This document shows, piece after piece, positions 19,522-29,468 of a DNA stretch of 64,000 bases (position 1 is its first letter; the number at the start of each line of letters is the position of its first letter). The DNA comes from Myxococcota bacterium. Its GTDB lineage: Bacteria; Myxococcota_A; UBA9160; SZUA-336. The position numbers and the translations under genes are program-made. The notes under the pieces are model-generated. The model was not told the DNA's origin, ran no database searches, and worked only from the letters and a program-made list of their open reading frames with translations. The stretch spans positions 1,920,001-1,984,000 of the forward strand of contig CBDFGR010000002.1 of the NCBI GenBank assembly GCA_965247115.1. Reading direction: 5' to 3'.

Positions 19522-20262
19522 GTGATGGGTGCGGCAGACGAGGAGTACGACGTGTCATCCGTTGAGCTAGGCGAAGACGTTCTGGAGCAGCTCCGCGCCT
19601 TGGATACTCCGACTGTTTGCAACGCGTTGGAGGTTGTTGCGCCCGAGCGCAGGGCAACGGGCTTCACGACAGAGCCGTTGGTCTGTGCCGTGCCCGAGCT
19701 GCCCCCGATCGTGGGCTATGCGCGCACGGTGACGATCCGCGCGAAGGAGCCCTCGGACAGGCCGCGGTCGGACGCTGCGCAGACGCAGCTGACCTACTAC
19801 GAGTACGTCAGCTCGGGCCCGCGCCCGGGCATCTGCGTGATTCAGGATCTGGACGACGGCCACGCGGGTTTTGGTGCGTTCTGGGGAGAAGTACACACGC
19901 ACGTTCATCGGGGGCTGGGTTGTGCGGGCGTCGTGACGAACGGATCCATCCGGGACCTCGATGACCTGGCCGACGGCTTCCAGCTTCTCGCCGGGAGGAT
20001 CGGCCCGTCGCACGCTCACGTGCACGTCGTGGATTTCGGCGTGCAGGTGACCGTCGCCAACATGTGCGTGTCTTCCGGGGACCTCATCCACGCGGACCGT
20101 CACGGCGCCGTCGCGATCCCCCACGAGATCGCAAAGGAGATCCCCGGTGCAGCTGCGCTCATCGGGCGACGCGAGGCCGGCATCATCGAGGCATCGAAGC
20201 GTCCCGACTTTGACCTGACCAAGCTGCGCGAGGCCATGCGGAGGTCCGCCGACATTCACTAA
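19522..20262 (+). CDS. RraA-like / HMG aldolase family protein
   Basis: DTPTVCNA, AFWGEV, GVVTNGSIRD, GDLIHADRHG. Confidence 0.85.
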   Translation: MMGAADEEYDVSSVELGEDVLEQLRALDTPTVCNALEVVAPERRATGFTTEPLVCAVPELPPIVGYARTVTIRAKEPSDRPRSDAAQTQLTYYEYVSSGPRPGICVIQDLDDGHAGFGAFWGEVHTHVHRGLGCAGVVTNGSIRDLDDLADGFQLLAGRIGPSHAHVHVVDFGVQVTVANMCVSSGDLIHADRHGAVAIPHEIAKEIPGAAALIGRREAGIIEASKRPDFDLTKLREAMRRSADIH

Positions 20263-20284
20263 GCTGGAGCAAGGCGCCATCCCA

Positions 20285-21184
20285 TCAGCCGATCCGCCTC
20301 TTGTACTGCTGGACGAAGTCGAAGCTCACGGACTTGGCGTACGCGTCGGAGAGTGCTTTGGTCAGCGGCCCAGGCACGCTGCCGTGTCTGAAACGCCGTC
20401 CGTTGATGCTCTGCACGGGACAGACGCACAGGCTCGTGGACGAGAGAAAGGCCTCGTCGGCGTTGTACGCGTCGAACAGGTCGATGTCCTTCTCGATCAG
20501 CGTCAGGCCGAGCTCCCGGGCCAGCTCCATGACCGTCTGCCGGCTGATACCCGCGAGCACGTACCTCTCCTGCGGCGTGGTAACCACTCCGTTCGAGACC
20601 AAGAAGATGTTGGAGCCGAGCCCCTCTGACAGGTTCCCGTTCGTATCGAGCAGAACGGCCCAGGCATCGTCCTGCGCAGCCTTGACCTCGAGGTCGGCGG
20701 CGATCAGGTTGAGGTAGTTGTGGGTCTTGGCGCGCGGGCTGAGCGACTCGGGGGGAACTCGACGCACCGATGGCACGACGACCTGGATGCCGTCGCGGTA
20801 CAGGTGTGCGCGTGCCGCCAGCGGCAGGGGCGCGCACTCGACGATGACGGTTGGCCCGTCGGGCCCGCCTCGCGAGACGCGCTGCGTCACCCAGTAGTCG
20901 TCGTCGAGTCCGAGCAGAACCAGGTTGCGCTCGACCACCTCCTCGGTGATGCTGGCCAGCTCTGCCGGTTCGAGCCGCGGGTCGAGCTGGAGGTAGCGCA
21001 GGGACCGATAGAAGCGTTCCAGATGCTCCTCGAGCTTGTAGATGCGGTGCCCGAAGGTGCGCGTTGAATCGAAGACAGCGTCACCGAAGATGAAGCCACG
21101 ATCCCGGAACGGCACGAGTACCTCGCTCTCCGCGACGATCTTTCCGTTGAAGTACGCAACACGTTCGTTTTCCGGCTGGGCCAT
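20285..21184 (-). CDS. Class IV (branched-chain/D-amino acid type) PLP aminotransferase
   Basis: DRGFIFGDAVFD, AKTHNY, EGLGSNIF, LAGISR, ADEAFLSST. Confidence 0.9.
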   Translation of the reverse strand: MAQPENERVAYFNGKIVAESEVLVPFRDRGFIFGDAVFDSTRTFGHRIYKLEEHLERFYRSLRYLQLDPRLEPAELASITEEVVERNLVLLGLDDDYWVTQRVSRGGPDGPTVIVECAPLPLAARAHLYRDGIQVVVPSVRRVPPESLSPRAKTHNYLNLIAADLEVKAAQDDAWAVLLDTNGNLSEGLGSNIFLVSNGVVTTPQERYVLAGISRQTVMELARELGLTLIEKDIDLFDAYNADEAFLSSTSLCVCPVQSINGRRFRHGSVPGPLTKALSDAYAKSVSFDFVQQYKRRIG

Positions 21185-21294
21185 GGGGGAGCCTCCCGTC
21201 TCGCAGAATTTGTACCCAGAGCATACTCCTGGACTCGCCCCTCGGGCAGCCTGGGCCTATACTCGCCGTTGAACCCGGAAGGATCCCCACAGTC

Positions 21295-21801
21295 ATGAAG
21301 GACGGGCTCCAGGAGATCCAGCTCGAGTCGGCTCGGATCGCCGACGCGGCTCGACTGGGAGAGATGTCCCGGGCGCTCGTCGAGCGGGGTCTCGCCTGGC
21401 GCTGGACCCCGCATTCCGTTGCGAGCAAGATCCGCGACCCGGAGTCCGAGGTCGTCGTCGCCCGCAAGCGCGGCAAGATCATCGGCTTTGCCGTGATGCA
21501 GTTCGGCTTCGCCCAGCACGAGGCGCACCTGCTGCTCTTCGCCGTCGTGCCGTCTCAGCGTCGGCGCGGATTGGGGTGTGCGCTGCTTGCCTGGCTCGAG
21601 AAGATCGCGCGACTCGGAGGGATCTCGCTGATCCGCCTGGAACTCCGCGCGAACAACGACGGCGCGCGATCCTTCTATCGCAGTCTTGGCTACGAGGAGG
21701 CAGGCCGCCTGCGCGGCTACTACCAGCGCCGCGAGGACGCGATCCGCATGGTCCTCAACCTGCGCACCCACACCTTTGGGCGCCCTGGTTTGGGCTCATG
21801 A
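21295..21801 (+). CDS. GNAT acetyltransferase (RimI-like)
   Basis: QRRRGLG, LELRANNDGARSFY..LGY, RGYY..REDAIRM. Confidence 0.85.
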   Translation: MKDGLQEIQLESARIADAARLGEMSRALVERGLAWRWTPHSVASKIRDPESEVVVARKRGKIIGFAVMQFGFAQHEAHLLLFAVVPSQRRRGLGCALLAWLEKIARLGGISLIRLELRANNDGARSFYRSLGYEEAGRLRGYYQRREDAIRMVLNLRTHTFGRPGLGS

Positions 21802-21832
21802 AGGACGCACCCAAGGGCCGCAGATAAGCGCG

Positions 21833-23482
21833 ATGAAAGCGAGTGAGCTGTTCCTGCGCTGTCTCGAGGCAGAGGGTGTCGAGTTCATCTTCGGCATCCC
21901 CGGGGAGGAGAACGCAGACATCATGATGTCGCTCCTCGACTCGCCGATCCGCTTCATCATCTGCCGGCACGAGCAAGGGGCAGCCTTCATGGCCGATCTG
22001 TATGGGCGCATGACGGGAAATCCCGGCGTCTGTCTGGGAACGCTCGGTCCGGGGGCGACGAACCTCGCGACCGGTGTGGCGAATGCCAACATGGACAACT
22101 CGCCGGTCGTCGTGATCACGGGCCAGGGCGCCACGACGCGTCTGCACAAGGAGTCCCATCAGATCATGAACGTCGTGGAGATGTTCCAGCCCATGACGAA
22201 ATGGGCGGCATCGATCTACGACGAGCGGAACATCCCCGAAGTCGTGCGCAAGGCCTTCAAGGTCGCCCGCGCCGAGAAGCCAGGTGCTGTCCACGTCGAG
22301 CTGCCGGAAGACATCGCCAAGAACGAGGTGGACGAGTGTCCCATCGTCCCAGGCCTCAAGGTGCGGCGGCCGATCGCGGACGACAAGTCGATCCTGGGAG
22401 CGCTGGATCTGATCGCCGGCGCGCGCACACCCGTTCTACTCGCCGGCAACGGCTGTGTGCGCACCCGGGTGTCGAAGCAGCTCCTCCGCTTCATCGAGGC
22501 GACCGGAATCCACGCCGCCATGACCTTCATGGGCAAGGGTGCGATTTCGGATCGACACCCCCAGAGCCTGTACGCGGCGGGGCTCGGCGCGCGCGACCAC
22601 GTCTCGCGAGCCTTCGAGGAAGCGGACCTCGTGATCGCGGTCGGCTACGACCTGGTGGAGTGGCATCCCTCGCGCTGGAACGCGGGCATCGACAAGAAGA
22701 TCCTCCATCTCGACTTTCAGCCCGCGGAGGTAGACACGAGCTACCGTCCGGATGTCGAGGTAGTGGGCGATCTGGCCGGCGCGCTCTGGGAGATCAACGA
22801 GCGGCTCGGCACGGAGCACAGAAAGGCGGCCGGTCCCTTCACGTCGGTGCGCGAGGCGCTCTATCAGGAGCTGGAGAAGGACTACGCGGAGGACTCGGGC
22901 TTTCCGCTCAAGCCGCAGCGCATCCTCGCGGATCTTCGCAAGGAGATGGCGGACGACGACATCTTGATCAGCGACGTCGGCGCACACAAGATGTGGATTG
23001 CGCGCCACTACCCGACCTACACGCCCAACTCGTGCATCATCTCGAACGGCTTCTGCTCGATGGCGATTGCGCTACCGGGATCGATCGGCGCGAAGCTCGT
23101 TTACCCCGATCGCAACGTGGTCGGTCTCATGGGCGACGGTGGATTCCTGATGAATGTCCAGGAGCTGGCCACTGCGGCGCAATACAAGGTCGCGAACGTC
23201 GTCATGGTGTGGGAGGACTCCGAGTACGGGCTGATCCGCTGGAAGCAGGAGGCCGAGTTCGGCAAGCACTCTCACATCCACTTCGAGAACCCGGACCTGG
23301 TCGAGCTGTCGCGCGCCTTCGGCTGCTTCTCGCGGCGTGTGAATGCTCCCGCCGAGCTGCGCCCCGCCCTGCGCGAGGCCTTCGCCGTCCGCGACCGTCC
23401 CTCGGTGATCGTCGTTCCCGTAGACTACAGCGAGAACATGAAGCTGACAGAACGCTTGGGCGAGCTCGTCTGCCCCTCCTGA
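21833..23482 (+). CDS. Acetolactate synthase large subunit-like ThDP enzyme
   Basis: FGIPGEEN, RHEQGAAFMA, GPGATN, GDGGFLMN. Confidence 0.9.
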   Translation: MKASELFLRCLEAEGVEFIFGIPGEENADIMMSLLDSPIRFIICRHEQGAAFMADLYGRMTGNPGVCLGTLGPGATNLATGVANANMDNSPVVVITGQGATTRLHKESHQIMNVVEMFQPMTKWAASIYDERNIPEVVRKAFKVARAEKPGAVHVELPEDIAKNEVDECPIVPGLKVRRPIADDKSILGALDLIAGARTPVLLAGNGCVRTRVSKQLLRFIEATGIHAAMTFMGKGAISDRHPQSLYAAGLGARDHVSRAFEEADLVIAVGYDLVEWHPSRWNAGIDKKILHLDFQPAEVDTSYRPDVEVVGDLAGALWEINERLGTEHRKAAGPFTSVREALYQELEKDYAEDSGFPLKPQRILADLRKEMADDDILISDVGAHKMWIARHYPTYTPNSCIISNGFCSMAIALPGSIGAKLVYPDRNVVGLMGDGGFLMNVQELATAAQYKVANVVMVWEDSEYGLIRWKQEAEFGKHSHIHFENPDLVELSRAFGCFSRRVNAPAELRPALREAFAVRDRPSVIVVPVDYSENMKLTERLGELVCPS

Positions 23483-23519
23483 AGTCGCACTTCCGACCCA
23501 GTATGCTGGCGCAAGCACC

Positions 23520-24329
23520 GTGAGCGTCCATCCCAGCGCCGTCGTTGAGCCCGGGGCGAAGCTAGACCCGGACGTCGAGATCGGTCCACACGCCGTGGTC
23601 TATTCCGGAGCTCGTCTGGGTGGCGGCACGCGCGTTGGTCCGCACTGCACGATCTATGGCGAGGTTTCCCTGGGTGAGCGGAACGTTCTTCATCCTGGTG
23701 CCGCGCTGGGCGGCCCGCCCCAGAGCGTCGGCTTCGATATCCAGCTTCCGAGTCGCGTGGAGATCGGGTCGGGGAACGAGTTCCGGGAGGGGGTGACCGT
23801 CCATCGCAGCGAGCGCGAGAACGGCGTCACCCGGATCGGCAACCACGGTTTCTTCATGGCGAACAGCCACATCGGGCACGACTGCGTGATCGGCAATCGG
23901 GTGATCATGGCGAACAACTCCGGGCTGGGGGGCCACGTGGAGGTCGGGGATCGCGTGTTCATCAGTGCGGACGTGCTGGTGCACCAGTTCACGCGGATCG
24001 GTCGACTTGCATTGATGCAAGGCAAGTCCGGTGTCACCCTGGACTTGCCGCCGTTCACGATCGCGGTGGAAACGAATCGGATCGCCGGCGTGCACGCGGA
24101 GGGCCTGCGGCGAGCCGGCGTGAGTGAGAGCTCGCGCAAGGCGCTACAGCGCGTCTACCGCAAGCTGTTTCTCGGCGGCCGACCGCTTGCCCGGGCCCTC
24201 GAAGAGCTCGGAGACGACGCTCGTGACCCCTACGTTACCGAGCTCGTGGAGTTCATCCGGAGCTCACGCCGCGGCGTGGTCCGCAGGCAGCGGACGCAGC
24301 GCGCGAGCCCAGGCGGGGCCGAGGCCTGA
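23520..24329 (+). CDS. lpxA: Acyl-ACP--UDP-N-acetylglucosamine O-acyltransferase (LpxA paralogue)
   Basis: Hexapeptide repeats, FREGVTVHR, MANSHIGHDC, VHQF, GLRRAG, FIRSSRRG. Confidence 0.8.
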   Translation: MSVHPSAVVEPGAKLDPDVEIGPHAVVYSGARLGGGTRVGPHCTIYGEVSLGERNVLHPGAALGGPPQSVGFDIQLPSRVEIGSGNEFREGVTVHRSERENGVTRIGNHGFFMANSHIGHDCVIGNRVIMANNSGLGGHVEVGDRVFISADVLVHQFTRIGRLALMQGKSGVTLDLPPFTIAVETNRIAGVHAEGLRRAGVSESSRKALQRVYRKLFLGGRPLARALEELGDDARDPYVTELVEFIRSSRRGVVRRQRTQRASPGGAEA

Positions 24330-24353
24330 GTCCGTCCGTCCGGGCGGCTCTGG

Positions 24354-25289
24354 CTACTCCGTCTCCTTCTCGCCTGGCTCTCCCAGCAAGAGCTCCTCGG
24401 CTGCCTGTCTGAGCTCCGCCAGCTCGCCCGGATCCGCGGAATCCAGCTCGTAGAGCTGCGCCGCTTCTGGGACCTGCCGCTCGATCTCGCCCAGGAGCGC
24501 GTTGCAGTCCTCGAGGCTCATGCCGAAGTAGCTCTGCGCGCATCTGCCGAGTCGCTCCACGAGCATCTCGACGTTGCCCCCGGTGTAGAGGTCGGCGCAC
24601 GTGGTCGCAATGTGCAGGAGCTCCGCGAGTGTTCGAGCGTGGCCGGCTTCCAGTCGACTCGGGTCGTCCTGTGAGCCCAGCGCCTCGCAGATGATGGGCG
24701 GCAGCCCCCACGTGCTCAGGAGGTCGCGCGTGACCTCGGCATTCGTCATGCCCAGGATTTCTCGCTCGACATCTTCGAGCGGACGCTTCGTCTCTTCCAG
24801 CCGCTCGAGCACGGGGCCGTACTCCTGGGGCGCCCACTCTACGAGAACGAGCTGTCCCAATCGGCAGAGCAGTCCCGCCAGGAAGGCCTCATCTCGCAGG
24901 CGTGGAGCCCGTTCCTGGGCCAGGAAGCGGGCAGCCACGTTCGTGGCGATGCTGAAGGTCCAGTAGCGGGTGTAGTCGAAGCCGAGCTCGCTCGTCTCCT
25001 TGGCCAGCTTGACGAGGGAGAACGACAGCGCGAGCAGGTTCACTGTTCGCACACCCATGACGATGACGGCCTCGCGAACGCTCGTGACCCGTCTGGGAAT
25101 ACCGAACATGACGGAGTTCGCGGTCCGGACGAGCTTGGTGACCAGCGCAGGATCGAGCTTCAGGACCTCGACAATGTTCTGCAGCTCGACCTCTTCGGCC
25201 TGGCTGAGCCTGACGATCTCGAGGGCGACACCGGGGGCCGAGGGCAGCCGGTCCGTCTTCTGCAGCCTCTCAATCAGGTTCGCGCCCAC
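24354..25289 (-). CDS. HDOD domain protein
   Basis: LPSAP, DPALVTKLVRTANS..FG, EAFLAGLL, WGLP. Confidence 0.9.
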   Translation of the reverse strand: MGANLIERLQKTDRLPSAPGVALEIVRLSQAEEVELQNIVEVLKLDPALVTKLVRTANSVMFGIPRRVTSVREAVIVMGVRTVNLLALSFSLVKLAKETSELGFDYTRYWTFSIATNVAARFLAQERAPRLRDEAFLAGLLCRLGQLVLVEWAPQEYGPVLERLEETKRPLEDVEREILGMTNAEVTRDLLSTWGLPPIICEALGSQDDPSRLEAGHARTLAELLHIATTCADLYTGGNVEMLVERLGRCAQSYFGMSLEDCNALLGEIERQVPEAAQLYELDSADPGELAELRQAAEELLLGEPGEKETE

Positions 25290-25313
25290 GCTTGTATCTC
25301 CCAGCCTTCTGGT

Positions 25314-25327
25314 CCGGGGTACCCCGG
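25314..25327. repeat. Perfect 14-bp palindrome CCGGGGTACCCCGG in the HDOD leader
   Basis: Read directly from the sequence. Confidence 0.6.
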
Positions 25328-25345
25328 TCGTCGCCTACTCAGAGC

Positions 25346-25423
25346 TATTCGACCTAGCCTCGCAGCTTTTTGAGTCCGAACAGGCAGGCTTGCAGCTACA
25401 GCTTGGATTCTTCTGGTCGATCT
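25346..25423. promoter_or_regulatory. Divergent sigma28 (FliA)-like promoters for the HDOD and PilZ genes
   Basis: Plus strand TACA-N15-GTCGATCT (25397-25423); minus strand CAAA-N15-GTCGAATA (25372-25346); consensus TAAA-N15-GCCGATAA. Confidence 0.5.
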
Positions 25424-25490
25424 AGTGTCTCGGTCCCGTGAACTGGTGCCGCTCGGGACGACGACGCCGTCGTCTCGTGGCATCGATTGG

Positions 25491-26225
25491 ATGACGATGT
25501 CTAGCCAGCGCAGCCTCCAGGACTGGTCGAGAGCAGAGATTCTCAACATGCTACGTGAGCGCTGCAGCTCGGGAACACCCGCGCTGGCGCTGCCGATCGA
25601 GCTCGGGCTTCCCGTGGTGACGCTCTTCGACACCGTCAACGAGAGCGAGCTGGTTCTCGCCACCGCATCGGAGTCGATGGAGACCAACTTCTGCTCTCTC
25701 TGTCCCTGTGTGGTGTCGTTCAGCTACGAAGGTCGCACCATGGCCTTCATGTCCCACATCGTGGACTGGAACCATGGGACTACGCCTCCGAGGCTCTCGC
25801 TCGAGATCCCGTCCAGGCTGCTCGCGATGGAGCATCGGCAGTACTTCCGGATCCCGCTGGGGGAGAGCTGCGGACTCCACGTGAGCGTGTCCACGCATGG
25901 TGGAGAGCCCAGCCCGGTCCGTGCCCTCGACATCAGCATCGCTGGCATGTTGATCGAGTTCTCAGACGATCCGGATCTGCCGACCGACGCGAAGCTCGAG
26001 ATCGTGATGCGCCACGGAGAGGACACGGTCTGCGTCGGTGCCGTCGTCCGGCACCGCAGGGCAGGCCGCTATGGTCTGTTCTTCGTGGACTGCGTCTCGG
26101 AGCGCGGCGTGCATCCGCCGGAGTCGCTGCGCCGTCTTGTGGCAAACCTCGAGGGACGTTGGCTCGGTCGCAAGCGCACGGCTGAGACACCGCTCCCCCG
26201 CCCCTGCCCGCGTCCGGTCAAGTAA
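25491..26225 (+). CDS. PilZ domain (YcgR-like c-di-GMP receptor) protein
   Basis: RxxxR motif HRQYFR and DISIAG motif; ATG 25491 preferred because GTG 25425 lies immediately after the putative promoter. Confidence 0.8.
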   Translation: MTMSSQRSLQDWSRAEILNMLRERCSSGTPALALPIELGLPVVTLFDTVNESELVLATASESMETNFCSLCPCVVSFSYEGRTMAFMSHIVDWNHGTTPPRLSLEIPSRLLAMEHRQYFRIPLGESCGLHVSVSTHGGEPSPVRALDISIAGMLIEFSDDPDLPTDAKLEIVMRHGEDTVCVGAVVRHRRAGRYGLFFVDCVSERGVHPPESLRRLVANLEGRWLGRKRTAETPLPRPCPRPVK

Positions 26226-26232
26226 GCGCCGG

Positions 26233-26979
26233 CTAGCGGTACAGCGGGTTCGGGTGGTCGAAGCGACAGCCCGCGTCCCACTCCGAACGCTGATTCCCGT
26301 GGGCCGGGATGCCGTTTGCCTCTTGCAGCATCCTGGCGAGATGCATCAGGTTCCAGGTCATGAAGGTCGTGTTGCGGTTGGTAAAGTCGTTCTCGGGGCC
26401 ACCCGAGCCCGGATCCAGATAGGACGGTCCGGGACCGGCTTCTCCCAGCCAGCCCGCATCCGCCTGAGGCGGGATCACGTAGCCCAGGTGTTGCAGCGAG
26501 TAGAGGATGTTCATGGCGCAGTGCTTCGCCCCATCCTCGTTTCCTGTGATCAGGCAGCCCCCGACCCGACCGTAGTAGGCGTACTGGCCTTGTGTGTTGA
26601 GGTCTCCCGACGTGGAGTACAAGCGCTCGATCAGCTGCGTGCAGACCGATGACTTCTCCCCAAGCCAGATCGGAGAGGTGATCACCAGGATGTTCGCAGA
26701 CTTGACCTTCTCGTAGATCTGCGGCCAGTCGTCGCGCTCCCAGCCGTGCTCGCTCATGTCGGGGTAGACTCCGACCGCCAGAGCGAAGTCGACGGGGCGA
26801 AGGACCTCGGTCGAGATCCCATTCTTCTCCATGATTGCCGCGGAGATATCGATGAGGCCCTGCGTGTGAGACAGCTCCGGAGAACGCTTGAGAGTGCAGT
26901 TGAGGAACAGCGCGTTCAGAGCGGAGAAGTCCCACCGACTGTCCTCACACATCTTGAGTTGTCGCTCGTCGAGTGCCAT
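26233..26979 (-). CDS. Flavodoxin family / NADPH-dependent FMN reductase
   Basis: LNCTLKRSP..SHT, SPIWLGEKSS, ITGNEDG; SD GGAGG before ATG 26979. Confidence 0.9.
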   Translation of the reverse strand: MALDERQLKMCEDSRWDFSALNALFLNCTLKRSPELSHTQGLIDISAAIMEKNGISTEVLRPVDFALAVGVYPDMSEHGWERDDWPQIYEKVKSANILVITSPIWLGEKSSVCTQLIERLYSTSGDLNTQGQYAYYGRVGGCLITGNEDGAKHCAMNILYSLQHLGYVIPPQADAGWLGEAGPGPSYLDPGSGGPENDFTNRNTTFMTWNLMHLARMLQEANGIPAHGNQRSEWDAGCRFDHPNPLYR

Positions 26980-27108
26980 GCAGTTTCCTCCCGCGCCAGA
27001 TTGTATCCTGCGTCGTTGGACCGCGAGCGTGAGGTCTGCTGACGAGCAGCGACTGGGGCCACCCGCGAGCGTAGAATCGGCCGGCCACCACACTGCGAAG
27101 GGAGAGGC

Positions 27109-27882
27109 ATGTCCGGCACCATTCTGTACGAACGCGATCGCCACATCGCCACCATCACGTACAACCGACCCGAGGCCATGAACGCCGTCAACGCCGAGCT
27201 GCGCGGAGAGCTCAACGCCGCATGGACGACGTTCCGCGACGATGAGGAAGCGTGGGTCGCGATCGTGACCGGCACCGGCCGCGCCTTCTGCGCGGGAGCC
27301 GACCTCGTGCTGGGCGGCGCAGGTGATGCAGAGGAGCACAGCTTCTGGGAGATCCCTGGCCTCACCTCGCTCGAGAACGGCCTCGAGATTTGGAAGCCCA
27401 TCGTCGCGGCGGTGAACGGCTACGCGCTGGGCTTCGGGCTTACCCTCGTCTCCGCCTGCGACTTCGTGATCGCGAGCGAACGGGCCGAGTTCGGCTTTCC
27501 GGAGGTGCGCCTCGGGGTCCCAACCATCCAGGGCGCTGTGCGAATGCCCCGAATGGTCGGCTGGCAGGCGGCCATGGAGCTCCTGCTGCTCGGCGAGCGC
27601 GTGGATGCCGAGACCGCGAAGGAGATGGGCCTGGTGCGTCGCGTGGTGCCCCACGACGGACTGATGAAGGAAGCCCGGGCGCTCGCCGAGCGACTGTGCC
27701 AGTCTGCGCCGCTGGCCGTGCGCGCAACCAAAGAGGTGGCGAAGCGCGCCCTGCAACTATCCTTCAGCGACGCGATCCGCTTCGGGGAGACCATGCGCCG
27801 TGTCGCAGGCGCCACCGACGATGCACGCGAGGGAATGGCCGCTGCCCGGGACAGCCGCGTACCCGCGTGGAAGGCTCGCTAA
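27109..27882 (+). CDS. Enoyl-CoA hydratase/isomerase
   Basis: NRPEAMNA, AFCAGADL, KPIVAAVNGYALGFG, FPEVRLG. Confidence 0.9.
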   Translation: MSGTILYERDRHIATITYNRPEAMNAVNAELRGELNAAWTTFRDDEEAWVAIVTGTGRAFCAGADLVLGGAGDAEEHSFWEIPGLTSLENGLEIWKPIVAAVNGYALGFGLTLVSACDFVIASERAEFGFPEVRLGVPTIQGAVRMPRMVGWQAAMELLLLGERVDAETAKEMGLVRRVVPHDGLMKEARALAERLCQSAPLAVRATKEVAKRALQLSFSDAIRFGETMRRVAGATDDAREGMAAARDSRVPAWKAR

Positions 27883-27892
27883 CGGAGGGAAC

Positions 27893-28351
27893 TCAGAGCT
27901 CGAGCGGCTTTGCTTGTGCGACGCGCTGCGTGTCCTGCTTCCAGACGTCCGACGTGTCGACGTAGACTTCGACATTGTTGCCGTCTGGGTCGTCAAAGTA
28001 GAGCGACTGCGTCACATCATGGTCCACCGATCGCGGCTTGATTCCGTGAGACTCGAGATGGGCCTTCGCCTCTCGTAGGTCGTCGAGGCTCTCGCCGATC
28101 TTGAACGCGACGTGGAAGAGCCCTGGCGACTTCGCCGGTGGTGACTCGGCATCCTCGCCCACTTCGAAGGTGGCGAAATCGTGGTGGTTGCCGAGGCTGA
28201 AGAAGGTCATGCAGAAGCCCGGGGGTTTGTCTGGAGCGAGGCGCGCGACGATCGGGAGCCCGAGAATCCCATTGTAGAACTTCTCGGAGCGGGCCTGGTC
28301 TCGGACCTTGATGACGACATGTCCGAGGGATTCGATCTTCATACTCTTCAC
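27893..28351 (-). CDS. VOC (glyoxalase/extradiol dioxygenase) family protein
   Basis: LGHVVIKVRD, GLFHVAF, SLYFDDPDGNNVE. Confidence 0.88.
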   Translation of the reverse strand: MKSMKIESLGHVVIKVRDQARSEKFYNGILGLPIVARLAPDKPPGFCMTFFSLGNHHDFATFEVGEDAESPPAKSPGLFHVAFKIGESLDDLREAKAHLESHGIKPRSVDHDVTQSLYFDDPDGNNVEVYVDTSDVWKQDTQRVAQAKPLEL

Positions 28352-28423
28352 CTCCTACAGGAGATGATTGCACCTGCAAGGTCAGAATGAAAGGCTGATC
28401 TTTAGGGGGTAGTGTGGGCGCCC

Positions 28424-29086
28424 ATGGAGCTCGAATCCGACTTCCGACAACCAACGCTGCGCCCGACGCTCGAATCACTCGAGGAACACTTCGCGAGCGA
28501 AGTGGCACAGGACCTGGCCGAGCTCCCGAACCGGCACCGCGAGTCGAGCGTCGGAGCGGAGCTGCGGCGACTGGCGACTCGAGCGGGGGTTCTGATCGCG
28601 CTCGTCGATCGCCACGAAGGGCTCAGCGTTCTGTTCACGCGCAGGCATCACAGCATCTCCTACCCTGGCCACGTCTGCTTCCCTGGTGGGCGCTCCGATC
28701 CCAGGGACGCCGCCGTGGAGGACACCGCGCTCCGAGAGGCCCACGAGGAGATCCGTCTGGCACCCGAGCAAGTCCGCGTGCTTGGCCGCCTCGGCGACTA
28801 CTACACCCACAGCCGCTACCGCATCGCCCCGATCGTCGGCATCGTCACCCCACCGCTGGAGCTCGTCCCGCAGCCCGGCGAGGTGGAGGAGATCATCGAG
28901 ATCCCGCTTCCGTATCTGCTCCGTTCCGACTCGTACGTGCTGCGATCCCACGCAGGCGTTGCGTCGCGCGCCCACTTCTCCCTCACACACGCCGGCGCAA
29001 CCATCACAGGGCCCACCGTCTGCATACTCATGGGCCTCTACGCAGAGCTCGCGAGGACCCACCCGCCTCAGATATCGCTGGCGTGA
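28424..29086 (+). CDS. Nudix CoA pyrophosphatase
   Basis: LFTRR..YPGHVCFPGG followed by Nudix box ALREAHEEI. Confidence 0.85.
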   Translation: MELESDFRQPTLRPTLESLEEHFASEVAQDLAELPNRHRESSVGAELRRLATRAGVLIALVDRHEGLSVLFTRRHHSISYPGHVCFPGGRSDPRDAAVEDTALREAHEEIRLAPEQVRVLGRLGDYYTHSRYRIAPIVGIVTPPLELVPQPGEVEEIIEIPLPYLLRSDSYVLRSHAGVASRAHFSLTHAGATITGPTVCILMGLYAELARTHPPQISLA

Positions 29087-29105
29087 CGGTAGAGGGTATG
29101 TAACA

Positions 29106-29123
29106 GTTAAGTTAGTGCTTAAC
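29106..29123. promoter_or_regulatory. Putative ArsR autoregulatory operator GTTAAG-N6-CTTAAC overlapping the start codon
   Basis: AT-rich 6-6-6 inverted repeat spanning GTG 29115. Confidence 0.65.
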
Positions 29124-29444
29124 CAATCTGAAGTCGTCCAGCGCGTCTTCCACGCGCTGGCAGACCCGACCCGGCTAGCGATGTTCGAGCGGCTGAGCCG
29201 CGGGCCGGCCTCGGTTGGCGAACTCGCGAAGCCGCTGCCGATGTCGCTGCCGGCCGTGCTCCAGCACCTCGCGGTGCTAGAGGCGGACGGTCTCGTGCAC
29301 TCGGAGAAGGTCGGGCGCGTGCGGACCTGCCGCATCGAGCCCGCCGCGCTGCGGACCGCCGGCGACTGGGTTGCCAGGAGGCGCGCCATGGTGGACCGCA
29401 GCCTCGACCGGCTTGGGGAATACCTCGCCGAAGAGAAAACATAG
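29115..29444 (+). CDS. ArsR/SmtB family transcriptional regulator
   Basis: FHALADPTRL, SVGELAKPLPMSLPAVLQHLAVLE, KVGRVRTC. Confidence 0.92.
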   Translation: MLNQSEVVQRVFHALADPTRLAMFERLSRGPASVGELAKPLPMSLPAVLQHLAVLEADGLVHSEKVGRVRTCRIEPAALRTAGDWVARRRAMVDRSLDRLGEYLAEEKT

Positions 29445-29468
29445 ACGACGGAACTAGGAGACCAAGAG

